Part shown: one piece after another, positions 10,151 through 18,030 of the stretch | Position numbering within the stretch: position 1 is the first letter of the stretch | How the letters are laid out: the number at the start of each line of letters is the position of its first letter | Sequence record: SRR31156797_2750 | Direction: 5' to 3' (one strand) | Length of the DNA stretch: 23,317 nucleotides | Notes under the pieces: model-generated | The model's database searches: none | What the model was told of the DNA's origin: nothing | The model's input: the letters and a program-made list of their open reading frames with translations, nothing else | Translations under genes and position numbers: made by a program

Positions 10151-10957
10151 ATGAACAAAAACAAGACACTCAGCCTTGCCATAATGAGCGGAAAAGGCGG
10201 CGTGGGTAAAACCAATATCGTTCTTAATTTAGGATATGCTTTGCAACAGGCTCAGGCAAAAGCAATGCTTATGGATTGTGACCTTGGGCTGGCAAATCTT
10301 GATGTACTGCTCGGCATTTCACCAGAAAAGAATTTACATGATCTTTTACAGACCGGGGTTGCAGCTGAAGACGTCCTTGTGTCCATTGAACCGGGATTTG
10401 ATATGTTGCCAGCCACCAGTGGCGTACCGGAATTGGTCGAAATGGACGAGGATATTCAGGATATCCTTTTCAAAAAACTTATCACTATCGCCGGCCAATA
10501 TAATTATCTCATGCTTGACCTTGGAGCAGGCATCAGTCCGACAGTTTTATCTCTTGCTGCTTTATCCCAGCTTCGGGTTGTCGTTGTTACCCCGGAACCC
10601 ACATCGTTAACTGATAGTTATGCCATGATCAAAGTCTTGACTACACAGTACGGCATCAAGGACTACTTGGTTGTTGTAAATCAGGCTCTCAGTGCTCAGG
10701 AAGCGAATCAAACATTTGATAGATTGTCAGCTGCATGTAAAAATTTTCTAAATATTGAATTGCGAAACCTTGGATTTGTCCATCAAGACTCGACACTTGT
10801 TGAATCGGTACGGCGTCAGACGCCACTCATGAAATATGCCCCAAAAGCCCCAGCCAGCAAGGATATTACAGCACTTGCTCGTAAAATAATGAGGTACCGT
10901 GAAGACAATCTTGAACGAATCGGTGGACGTCCGATTTTGAAAAATTTTCCATCCTGA
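10151..10957 (+). CDS. MinD/ParA family ATPase, FlhG/FleN-like
   Basis: SGKGGVGKTN deviant Walker A, DCDLGLANLDVLLG, DLGAGI, TPEPTSLTDSYAMIK. Confidence 0.88.
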   Translation: MNKNKTLSLAIMSGKGGVGKTNIVLNLGYALQQAQAKAMLMDCDLGLANLDVLLGISPEKNLHDLLQTGVAAEDVLVSIEPGFDMLPATSGVPELVEMDEDIQDILFKKLITIAGQYNYLMLDLGAGISPTVLSLAALSQLRVVVVTPEPTSLTDSYAMIKVLTTQYGIKDYLVVVNQALSAQEANQTFDRLSAACKNFLNIELRNLGFVHQDSTLVESVRRQTPLMKYAPKAPASKDITALARKIMRYREDNLERIGGRPILKNFPS

Positions 10958-10976
10958 CGAAAATACAAATAAAGGG

Positions 10977-11006
10977 TTGACGAAAAGAGTTATTTTTCGG
11001 CATAGT
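10977..11006 (+). promoter_or_regulatory. Candidate sigma70 promoter of the IHF/HU gene
   Basis: TTGACG (10977-10982), 18-nt spacer, CATAGT (11001-11006), with an AT-rich upstream tract. Confidence 0.45.
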
Positions 11007-11097
11007 TAGTGAGAATTTTGGAGAATGACTTCATTTCCATTTTTTCGTAGAGCCATTTGCTGGTGCTACGAATCAAGCAATGTTTCAGGGGGAAACC

Positions 11098-11373
11098 ATG
11101 AATAAAAGCGAATTGATCAAGGCTCTGTCCGAACAGAAAAAAATGCATGTTGACGAGGCCACCAAAGTGGTCGGAGCTTTCGTCGATTCCGTCAAGGAAG
11201 CCCTTCGACGTGGCGACCGTGTCGAAATCAGAGGTTTTGGCAGCTTTAAAATCAAAGATTACGAAGGTTACACCGGACGCAATCCCAAAACCGGGACCGT
11301 TGTTCAAGTCAAACCTAAAAAACTTCCCTTCTTCCGTCCTGGTAAAGAGTTGAAAGAATTCATCAACCAGTAG
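11098..11373 (+). CDS. ihfB: HU/IHF family DNA-binding protein (IHF beta-like)
   Basis: GGGGGA SD before ATG 11098. MNKSELI...GDRVEIRGFGSF...GRNPKTG...PFFRPGKELKE resembles IHF-beta more than HU. Confidence 0.75.
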   Translation: MNKSELIKALSEQKKMHVDEATKVVGAFVDSVKEALRRGDRVEIRGFGSFKIKDYEGYTGRNPKTGTVVQVKPKKLPFFRPGKELKEFINQ

Positions 11374-11374
11374 G

Positions 11375-12235
11375 ATGAAGCGACTTTCATACTGCCTTTT
11401 TTTGGCGGTCTGGCTATTCGCCTGCACTAACGCGTGGGCGAAAGAGCCGGTCCTGACTTTTCTTTACTCGGCAAATACGTATGGCACGGTGCGTCCATGT
11501 CCATCATGAGGTGGTAAAACCCTTGGTGGTGTGGCCCGGCGGGCCACGTATTTTTTTGACGTTCATAAAACATCGGCACCAAGATTTGTGGTTTCCGGTG
11601 GGTGGGAATTTATGCGTCCACAAAGCAAACTCCCGACCCCGGACGTTCTGCGTTCTTTGATCAAGGCATACAACATCATGTCCTACGATCTTGGTTTTAT
11701 CCCCAAAGAAGAAGCTAAGGCCCTGAAACAAGCTCAAGTAGCTGTGGGTTCATGGCAAAAAACTTCTGAAGAAGCTCCTATCACAATTTTAACAACCAAG
11801 AACGGTGATAGGATCGGATTTGTCCGATTTCCTTCCTTGGGCCAAGATGAAGATATACCAGGGGCTGAACTCATTTCACGCATTGGACGACAGATTAAAT
11901 CATTACGTAATAAAGTTCGTCTCATTGTCGGCTTGTCTGGTTGGGGATGGCTTGGAGAGAATGAATATTTGATGAAAAATCCTAAGTTCGTCCCTGATCT
12001 TCTTTTGGGAAGCGGACGAGGATCAGGGCTGAATGGTCGAGTTTTGGCTAATGACCGTTGTATCTGGGTTCGTTCTTATGACAAAGGACGGAGCATTTGC
12101 GAAATACAGATATACGAATGGCCTGATCGAAAGAATTCGTTTGCCTGGACTGTCGCGAAGAATTATAACACATCTTCAATAGGGTTAAACGATTCCTATA
12201 AGGACAATCCGGAAGTGGCCGCTATATTACAATAA
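11375..12235 (+). CDS. Secreted UshA/5'-nucleotidase N-domain-like probable selenoprotein (CxxU, U45), 286 aa
   Basis: ATG 11375 gives MKRLSYCLFLAVWLFACTNAWA-KEPVLTFLYSANTYGTVRPCPS[TGA 11507-11509]GGKTLGGVARRAT..., in frame with ORF 11531..12235. Has a signal peptide, a GGxARR motif and a downstream hairpin. Confidence 0.85.
11507..11549 (+). other. Sec codon and SECIS-like hairpin
   Basis: TGA followed by stem GTGGCCC (11531-11537), loop GGC, GGGCCAC (11541-11547), extendable by two G-U pairs. The G-initiated loop starts about 28 nt after the TGA. Confidence 0.7.
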
Positions 12236-12279
12236 TGGCTTACATCCGTACGTTTCATAGAAACAAGAAGGAGATGACT

Positions 12280-13161
12280 ATGGAATTCAGAGGAGCTTAT
12301 ACTGCCCTCTCGACCCCGTTTATAAATGGGGAAATCGATGAATCTGCATATCGAGATTTTATCGAATGGCAGATTGAGCAGGGAATTGACGGACTGGTAC
12401 CATGCGGTACTACTGGTGAAGCCGCAACGTTGACTCATGAAGAACAAGGGCGGATCATCAAAATTTGCGTGGAGCAGGCTAAAGGCCGTGTACAGGTTGT
12501 GGCCGGTGCCGGTTCCAACTCCACAAAAGAAGCCATCGCATTAACTCAGATGGCTAAAGACGCCGGCGCAGATGCTGCCCTGCAAATCACACCCTACTAC
12601 AACAAACCGACGCCCGGTGGATTGGTCGAACACTTCAAAGCCATCGCAGCAGAAGTCTCCATGCCTTTCGTCATTTACAATGTCCCGGGTCGAACAGGTT
12701 TGAACCTTCTCCCAGCTCATCTCAAGATGATTGTGGACGCTGTTCCCGAAACGGTTGCTGTTAAAGAGGCAACGGGAGATATGAATCAAGCCGCTCAGGT
12801 CATTGAACAGTGTGGTAAAGATTTCAACTTGCTGTCTGGGGATGATTTCACTGTCCTTCCTCTGCTTTCAGTCGGTGGTGTGGGTGTTATATCCGTCGTT
12901 TCAAACATCATGCCCAAAACAATGAGTGACATGTGCAAAGCTTTTTTTGACAAGGATCACGCAACAGCTTTGGATTTGAGTTTAAAAATGGCTCCAGTTA
13001 ATCGAGCCCTGTTCATGGAGACCAACCCTATTCCTGTCAAAACATCCCTGGCCATGATGGGTATTTTTAAAGATGCACAGTTCCGTCTGCCAATCGTTCC
13101 CTTGCAGGATGAGAATAAACCCAAACTGAAATCCGTGCTGAAAACCGCCGGTATTTTGTAA
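12280..13161 (+). CDS. dapA: 4-hydroxy-tetrahydrodipicolinate synthase
   Basis: AAGGAG at 12268-12273 before ATG 12280. Motifs GTTGE, GAGSNST, PYYNKP, YNVPGRT, VKEATG, SGDD, ETNPIPVK. Confidence 0.97.
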   Translation: MEFRGAYTALSTPFINGEIDESAYRDFIEWQIEQGIDGLVPCGTTGEAATLTHEEQGRIIKICVEQAKGRVQVVAGAGSNSTKEAIALTQMAKDAGADAALQITPYYNKPTPGGLVEHFKAIAAEVSMPFVIYNVPGRTGLNLLPAHLKMIVDAVPETVAVKEATGDMNQAAQVIEQCGKDFNLLSGDDFTVLPLLSVGGVGVISVVSNIMPKTMSDMCKAFFDKDHATALDLSLKMAPVNRALFMETNPIPVKTSLAMMGIFKDAQFRLPIVPLQDENKPKLKSVLKTAGIL

Positions 13162-13165
13162 TTTC

Positions 13166-13197
13166 AAAAGCCCCTGCCATTTGGTCGGGGCTTTTTT
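13166..13197 (+). terminator. Intrinsic terminator 1 after dapA
   Basis: AAAAGCCCC-TGCCATTTGGTC-GGGGCTTTTTT. Confidence 0.8.
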
Positions 13198-13209
13198 CGT
13201 CATCTCCTT

Positions 13210-13240
13210 AAAAGGACGACCAAATGGTCGTCCTTTTTTT
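13210..13240 (+). terminator. Intrinsic terminator 2 (possibly bidirectional)
   Basis: AAAAGGACGACC-AAAT-GGTCGTCCTTTTTTT. Confidence 0.8.
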
Positions 13241-13379
13241 ATTCACCAACTTTTTTTGTTATGAAATCTATAAAACAATTAAAAAGCCTTTTTTCTTCGC
13301 ACGTTCCAGTGCATGAATCATTTCGCATATGAATTTTGTACACCATCTATTTTAATAAATGTAAGGCAGATCCCTATCA

Positions 13380-13397
13380 ATGTGAATTATTGCACAA
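13380..13397. promoter_or_regulatory. Rex/HcpR-like palindrome in convergent intergenic region
   Basis: ATGTGAATTATTGCACAA, two mismatches to TTGTGAA-N4-TTCACAA. Confidence 0.35.
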
Positions 13398-13413
13398 CCA
13401 ATCCGTTCTGCAT

Positions 13414-13447
13414 AAAAAAAGGCCCGCCAGCACAACGCTGACGGGCC
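13414..13447 (-). terminator. Intrinsic terminator of ppaC
   Basis: Minus strand GGCCCGTCAGC-GTTGT-GCTGGCGGGCC-T7. Confidence 0.88.
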
Positions 13448-13478
13448 AATACTTTGCGCTTCAATCAGATCGCTTCAA

Positions 13479-14399
13479 CTAGCCTTCAAAGGCCTTGATG
13501 AAGTTGGGAGCAACCTGTTTCTTACGGCTCATCACGCCGTCAAGGTATACGGAGGTTCCTTCAGGTGCGATACCAAAGGCTTTCTCGACAACGGAAGCGT
13601 CATCGGAAGCGATCAGCATCTCAGAACCTTCTTTCATGATATCAGTCAGGAGAAGGAAGACAGAATGACGACCATCAGCCTTGACCTTTTCGATTTCGGC
13701 CTGCAGGGCTTCTTTGTGAGCATCCAGCATGGACAGATCAACAACTTCCAGCTGGCCAATGCCAACCTTGTTGCCATTCATGTCGAAATCTTTGTAATCA
13801 CGGAAAACCAATTCGTTCGGAGTCGCACCGTCAACGGCAGACTTGACCTTGAACATTTCCATGCCCAGAGCCATGACATCGTCAACACCAGCAATCTTAG
13901 CCAGAGCTTCAACAGCTTCTTTATCAGCGTCAGTGCAGGTAACGGACTTGAACATGACAGTGTCGCTCAAAATGGCACACAGCAGGATACCAGCGATGTT
14001 AGCAGGCATTTCTACGTTGTAGAAATCATACATGTTCTTCAGAACTGTTCCGGTACAGCCCACGGGCCAGACCCACATTTCCAGCGGACCGGAAGTGGTG
14101 ATATCACCCAGCTTGTGATGGTCGACGACGGCAAGGAGTTCACCCTTGTCCAAATTGTCGATGGTCTGAGAAATGTCAGTGTGGTCAACCAGAATAATCT
14201 GCTGATCAGTCGCATCGGTAACGATCTCGGGAGCGGCAAGGCCGAACTTTTCGAGAACGAAAACAGACTCAGGAGCGATTTCGCCCTGGGTGATTGCCTT
14301 GGCTTCCATGCCACGCTTTGAGTACAGATCAGCGGCAGCAATCGCGGAAGCGACAGTGTCGGTATCGGGGTTTTTGTGTCCAACAACCAAAATAGCCAT
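13479..14399 (-). CDS. ppaC: Manganese-dependent inorganic pyrophosphatase (family II)
   Basis: GHKNPDTD, LVDH, VDHH, ILSDT, DYKDF, SRKKQ; SD AGGAGG. Confidence 0.97.
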   Translation of the reverse strand: MAILVVGHKNPDTDTVASAIAAADLYSKRGMEAKAITQGEIAPESVFVLEKFGLAAPEIVTDATDQQIILVDHTDISQTIDNLDKGELLAVVDHHKLGDITTSGPLEMWVWPVGCTGTVLKNMYDFYNVEMPANIAGILLCAILSDTVMFKSVTCTDADKEAVEALAKIAGVDDVMALGMEMFKVKSAVDGATPNELVFRDYKDFDMNGNKVGIGQLEVVDLSMLDAHKEALQAEIEKVKADGRHSVFLLLTDIMKEGSEMLIASDDASVVEKAFGIAPEGTSVYLDGVMSRKKQVAPNFIKAFEG

Positions 14400-14455
14400 A
14401 TCAAGTCCTCCTAATTGAATTGTCCTTTAATAAGGAAATTTGCCTCGAAAATAGA

Positions 14456-14473
14456 ATGTGACGAATATCACAA
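14456..14473 (-). promoter_or_regulatory. Rex-like (TTGTGA-N6-TCACAA) operator upstream of ppaC
   Basis: Minus strand TTGTGATATTCGTCACAT, 57-74 nt upstream of the ppaC ATG, overlapping a possible TTGGCA-17-TATTCG promoter. Confidence 0.65.
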
Positions 14474-14491
14474 CCTACCCGGACTGCCAAG

Positions 14492-15189
14492 CTAAAAACG
14501 GCTCCAAACCAAGAAAAGGACAAAAAGACTTATTCCTGTTGTCAAGACGGCATACGCACGTTTCACCCGAAGGGCCATTAATCCACCAAGAGTGGCTGCA
14601 ACCCAGAGGTGTGCCCATGTAATATCAATGGATGTAAGAAAACCAGGATACACAGAAAAAAGGAGCTGCATACATTGTTTGATGACAAGGATAGCAATAA
14701 AAAAGGATAAACCTGACATGACAAAAGTACGTGCCAGGGATTTCATAATCAATGTCGTCGGCAAATTTTGTATTTCAGGATTGCGTGCCCAATTTAACAA
14801 TCGATTATAGCTCCCCTGCTCTTGGTCACGAATCATCATTTCAACTCGTGTGCCAAGCCATGCGAGCGGCATACTGGCAAAGAGTACACCCATAATTCGG
14901 GCTGGGTGCTCCAGACCAAAAAACGTTGTCAGGGAAAGCGCTGAAAAAGTTGCAGCCGTCAAGTGTGGTGGAATAAATGTTCCGACGGGTATGAGATCGA
15001 GCCACAAAAGCTCAAAAAAAATGGCGATGTAAAGACTCGTCGTATAATCGCCGCTAAAAGCTCCCCAAAAAAGACCAATGACAAGGGGACGCTCAAGAAG
15101 TCCTATGCTGATTGAATATCTAAACAGGGAGAACAGGGCAAAAAAAAAGCGACCATGGCAAACCATGCGAACGGGTTATGAACTATCAT
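14492..15189 (-). CDS. Mannose/sorbose-class PTS IIC-like membrane protein; SD-equipped start is out of frame with the body (T9 run at 15140-15148)
   Basis: Body (ORF 14492..15166) has LLERPLVIGLFWG...FFELLWLDLIPVGTFIPP, typical of EII-Sor IIC. The likely start is ATG 15189 (ATGA overlap with the IIB stop, GAGGT SD), which needs a -1 shift to join the body. Confidence 0.75.
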
Positions 15190-15650
15190 GATTCAAACCT
15201 CACCTGAACAGGGTCATTGGGAACACATCTGAAATCGAGTTTCACACCTTTTCGGTTGAGAAGTTTGAGACAGTTCTCGTCCTCATCCGACAATGCGACA
15301 CTCGGAGAAATTTGTTTTTTACCAGGGCTGTAATGGACATTGCCAACATTTAACACATCAAAATCAAAACCGGCTTCATAGGCTCTTTTTGCGTCTGCAC
15401 AACTAGAGAACAGAATTATAATCTGTTCTCCGTCGAATCCGATTTGGTTGATGGTATCGTGGAGAGCTTCAACACTGACAAAAGAACTATCCACGGTTTG
15501 TGGAATGGCTAATGACATTATTTCCTGTTGCAAGATATCACGAGATAATTCGTCATTGGCAACAACGACTTGTTTTGCTCCAGTATAAGGAAGCCAAGTC
15601 TCAATGATCTGGCCGTGAATCAGGCGGTTGTCAATACGAACAAGAATCAC
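15186..15650 (-). CDS. Mannose/sorbose-class PTS IIB
   Basis: RIDNRLIHGQ phosphorylation motif, VVVAND, LNVGN. Confidence 0.93.
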   Translation of the reverse strand: MILVRIDNRLIHGQIIETWLPYTGAKQVVVANDELSRDILQQEIMSLAIPQTVDSSFVSVEALHDTINQIGFDGEQIIILFSSCADAKRAYEAGFDFDVLNVGNVHYSPGKKQISPSVALSDEDENCLKLLNRKGVKLDFRCVPNDPVQVRFES

Positions 15651-15659
15651 GGCACTACC

Positions 15660-16097
15660 TTATTTCTTCGTTTTTTTTCGAAGCATTGCGCCCGCAACTT
15701 TAATACCCTGCCGTCCAGCGGTTTTTACTTTTTCGGCCAGAGCATTCAAATCCATTTTGCGTGATTGCAAAGTTGCGACCAACATTGGCAGGTTAACGCC
15801 AGTGATGACTTCAAGATTCTCAGACTTCATGAGAGAAAGACTCATGGTGGTGGGTGAACCGCCAAACAAATCTGTCAAAGCCACAACGCCCTTTCCGGTT
15901 TCGACCGTCTGTATAGCCTTCCTGACGGCCTCCATGGTCTCGTCTACACTTTTTTCGACATCAATTCCCACAGCCAAACAGTTTTCCTGTTTGCCCATGA
16001 CCATTTTTGCCGCGTCAAGCAGAGTGTCCCCGAATGTTCCGTGGGTTACCAAGACGATGCCAACCATTGCATCTTTTTTATCTGACTTTGATGCCAT
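15660..16097 (-). CDS. Mannose/fructose-class PTS IIA
   Basis: IVLVTHG, LTDLFGGSP, VITGVNLPML. Confidence 0.93.
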   Translation of the reverse strand: MASKSDKKDAMVGIVLVTHGTFGDTLLDAAKMVMGKQENCLAVGIDVEKSVDETMEAVRKAIQTVETGKGVVALTDLFGGSPTTMSLSLMKSENLEVITGVNLPMLVATLQSRKMDLNALAEKVKTAGRQGIKVAGAMLRKKTKK

Positions 16098-16100
16098 TAT

Positions 16101-16982
16101 TTATCCAAGTTCCATATGTCGGTGTTCAATCGAAACAGTATACCCTTTTTTCTTCAGGGTCGCCAGTACGGACTCTCCCACTGAAACCGACCGATGTCGA
16201 CCCCCAGTGCACCCAAGGGCCAAGGTTATCCTGTATCGCCCTTCATCGGCATACAAGGGGAGCATATAACTCAAAAAATCAAGAAAACGTTTTTCAAATT
16301 CACTCCCTACATCACTTTCAAGAACGTATTGAGCGATGGATTTGTCCATACCGGAAAGTGACCTGAGTTTTTCGTCAAAATAAGGATTAGGTAAAAAACG
16401 TAAATCAAAAACCAAATCGGCCTCTGACGGCACTCCGTATTTAAATCCAAAGGAAATGAGATGCACACGCATACCACGGCCCACTTCTTCTATTGCAGAC
16501 CATTTAGTTTGAATTACGCGTCGAAGGTCGTGAATTGAATAATTTGTTGTATCAAGAACTAGAGCAGCACCTGTTCGAACTGGATCAAGAAGTTCTTTTT
16601 CCTGTTCGAGCGCCTGTTCAAGTCCAAGATTCTTACTTTCAAGGGGGTGTGGCCGACGAGTTGTGGCATAGCGCCGAACGAGTTCGTTCATCCGTGCTTC
16701 AAGGAACAATACCTGCGGAGTAATTCCTAATTCGTGAAAATCCCGCAAGGCCTGAGCCCAACCGTCCACAAATTCAAGCTGCCGCAAATCCATACCAAGG
16801 GCGAGGCCTCTATATTGGGAATCAAATTTTAAAATAAGGTCCGCAATCTTGGGTGACATTTCCGAAGGCAATCCATCAATACAAAAAAAACCCAAGTCCT
16901 CAAAAACATTAAGGGCTGTACTTTTTCCTGATCCGGAAAGCCCGGTCACGATGACAACGGGGAATGAATTGGAAGGCGTCAC
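16101..16982 (-). CDS. rapZ: RNase adapter RapZ (YvcJ/YhbJ)
   Basis: [42 protein letters not shown]; canonical position in the rpoN operon. Confidence 0.96.
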   Translation of the reverse strand: MTPSNSFPVVIVTGLSGSGKSTALNVFEDLGFFCIDGLPSEMSPKIADLILKFDSQYRGLALGMDLRQLEFVDGWAQALRDFHELGITPQVLFLEARMNELVRRYATTRRPHPLESKNLGLEQALEQEKELLDPVRTGAALVLDTTNYSIHDLRRVIQTKWSAIEEVGRGMRVHLISFGFKYGVPSEADLVFDLRFLPNPYFDEKLRSLSGMDKSIAQYVLESDVGSEFEKRFLDFLSYMLPLYADEGRYRITLALGCTGGRHRSVSVGESVLATLKKKGYTVSIEHRHMELG

Positions 16983-17000
16983 AGATACGTCCTCAGTTTA

Positions 17001-17450
17001 TTATACACCCTTGAGAAGCCCCCACAACTCTTCAAGACCATCGGCTTCAAGAAAGGATTGTCGAAAGGTATTGTCCTTCAATAACCGGGAGATCTGAGCC
17101 AAAATGCGCAGATGTAATCCAGCTGCTTGCTCTGGTGCGAGTACAAGGAAGAAAATTGAACAAGGCTTTTGGTCAAGAGCATCAAATTCGATCCCTTTGA
17201 AACTCCGTCCAACGATAACAATGACTTTTTCCAGATTTTCCAATTTCCCGTGCGGGATGGCTATACCATCACCTATTCCGGTGGTTCCCAGTTGTTCACG
17301 GTCAAGAAGGACACGGACCGAAAGGTCCGTGTCCATCTCTGGATATTTAACCCCTAATGGGGCTATAAGTTCTTTCAATGTGTCCGATTTGCTTTCGGAC
17401 AGCAGTTCGGGAAGGACAAATTCCTTCGCCAGGTAATCACCAAGTTTCAT
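17001..17450 (-). CDS. ptsN: PTS IIA-Ntr
   Basis: REQLGTTGIGDGIAIPHGK, FDALD, HLRILAQISRLL; downstream of hpf. Confidence 0.92.
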   Translation of the reverse strand: MKLGDYLAKEFVLPELLSESKSDTLKELIAPLGVKYPEMDTDLSVRVLLDREQLGTTGIGDGIAIPHGKLENLEKVIVIVGRSFKGIEFDALDQKPCSIFFLVLAPEQAAGLHLRILAQISRLLKDNTFRQSFLEADGLEELWGLLKGV

Positions 17451-17452
17451 TT

Positions 17453-17995
17453 TTAGTATCCAGGATCAATCAGGCCGTAATCGCCATTCTTTCTTTTATA
17501 GATGACATTAACGCCTTCGGTTTCAGCATTGCGGAACACCAGGAATTCATTCTCAAGAGTATCGAGCTGCATAGCGGCTTCGTCAACTGACATTGGTTTT
17601 GGTACATACTCATCAGTGCCGACAATAGTGGGCTCAGATTCACTCGGCATATCTTCATAAGACAATACATTCATCTGTACCATCTTGTTGCCACGGCCCT
17701 GCTTTGAACGGCTCTTCATTTTCTCACGCATTTTACGCAGCTGGGCTTCCAGCTTGTCCAACACCATGTCAATGGTGGAATACATATCTTCAGAAGCCTC
17801 ATAAGCTGATATGTGAATGCGATCCGAATTCAAAAGAACGTCCGCCTTGTGGCGAAATTTGTCGACCAACAGATTTACCTGGAGATCGGCTTCCGAATCG
17901 GAAACGTATCTTGCTACTTTTTCAAAACGCTTCTTAGCGTATCCCTTGAGATGATCGGACGGCTCAAAGTTCTTGAAAGTGAAGCTGATGTTCAT
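17453..17995 (-). CDS. hpf: Ribosome hibernation promoting factor, long form (RaiA/HPF)
   Basis: DMYSTID...KLEAQLRK and C-terminal KPMSVDEAAMQL...FLVFRN...VIYKRKNGDYGLI. Confidence 0.95.
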   Translation of the reverse strand: MNISFTFKNFEPSDHLKGYAKKRFEKVARYVSDSEADLQVNLLVDKFRHKADVLLNSDRIHISAYEASEDMYSTIDMVLDKLEAQLRKMREKMKSRSKQGRGNKMVQMNVLSYEDMPSESEPTIVGTDEYVPKPMSVDEAAMQLDTLENEFLVFRNAETEGVNVIYKRKNGDYGLIDPGY

Positions 17996-18030
17996 ACGTT
18001 GCCTCCTGGTTTTGAGTGCGGCAAACAGAA

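Noticed and set aside
11071-11083. IHF autoregulatory site AATCAAGCAATGT
   Set aside because: TTR element is mismatched; too weak to call.
10990-11427. 145-aa minus-strand ORF
   Set aside because: Antisense to the IHF/HU gene; typical shadow ORF.
11507-11509. TGA read as a nonsense mutation (pseudogene)
   Set aside because: Falls exactly in a CxxU motif, followed by a SECIS-like hairpin, with both halves intact; Sec is more parsimonious, though sel genes are not visible in this window.
12235-12279. N-terminal extension of dapA
   Set aside because: SD AAGGAG positions the start at 12280, matching typical DapA N-termini.
13665-14321. 218-aa plus-strand ORF
   Set aside because: Antisense shadow of the codon-biased ppaC; no motifs.
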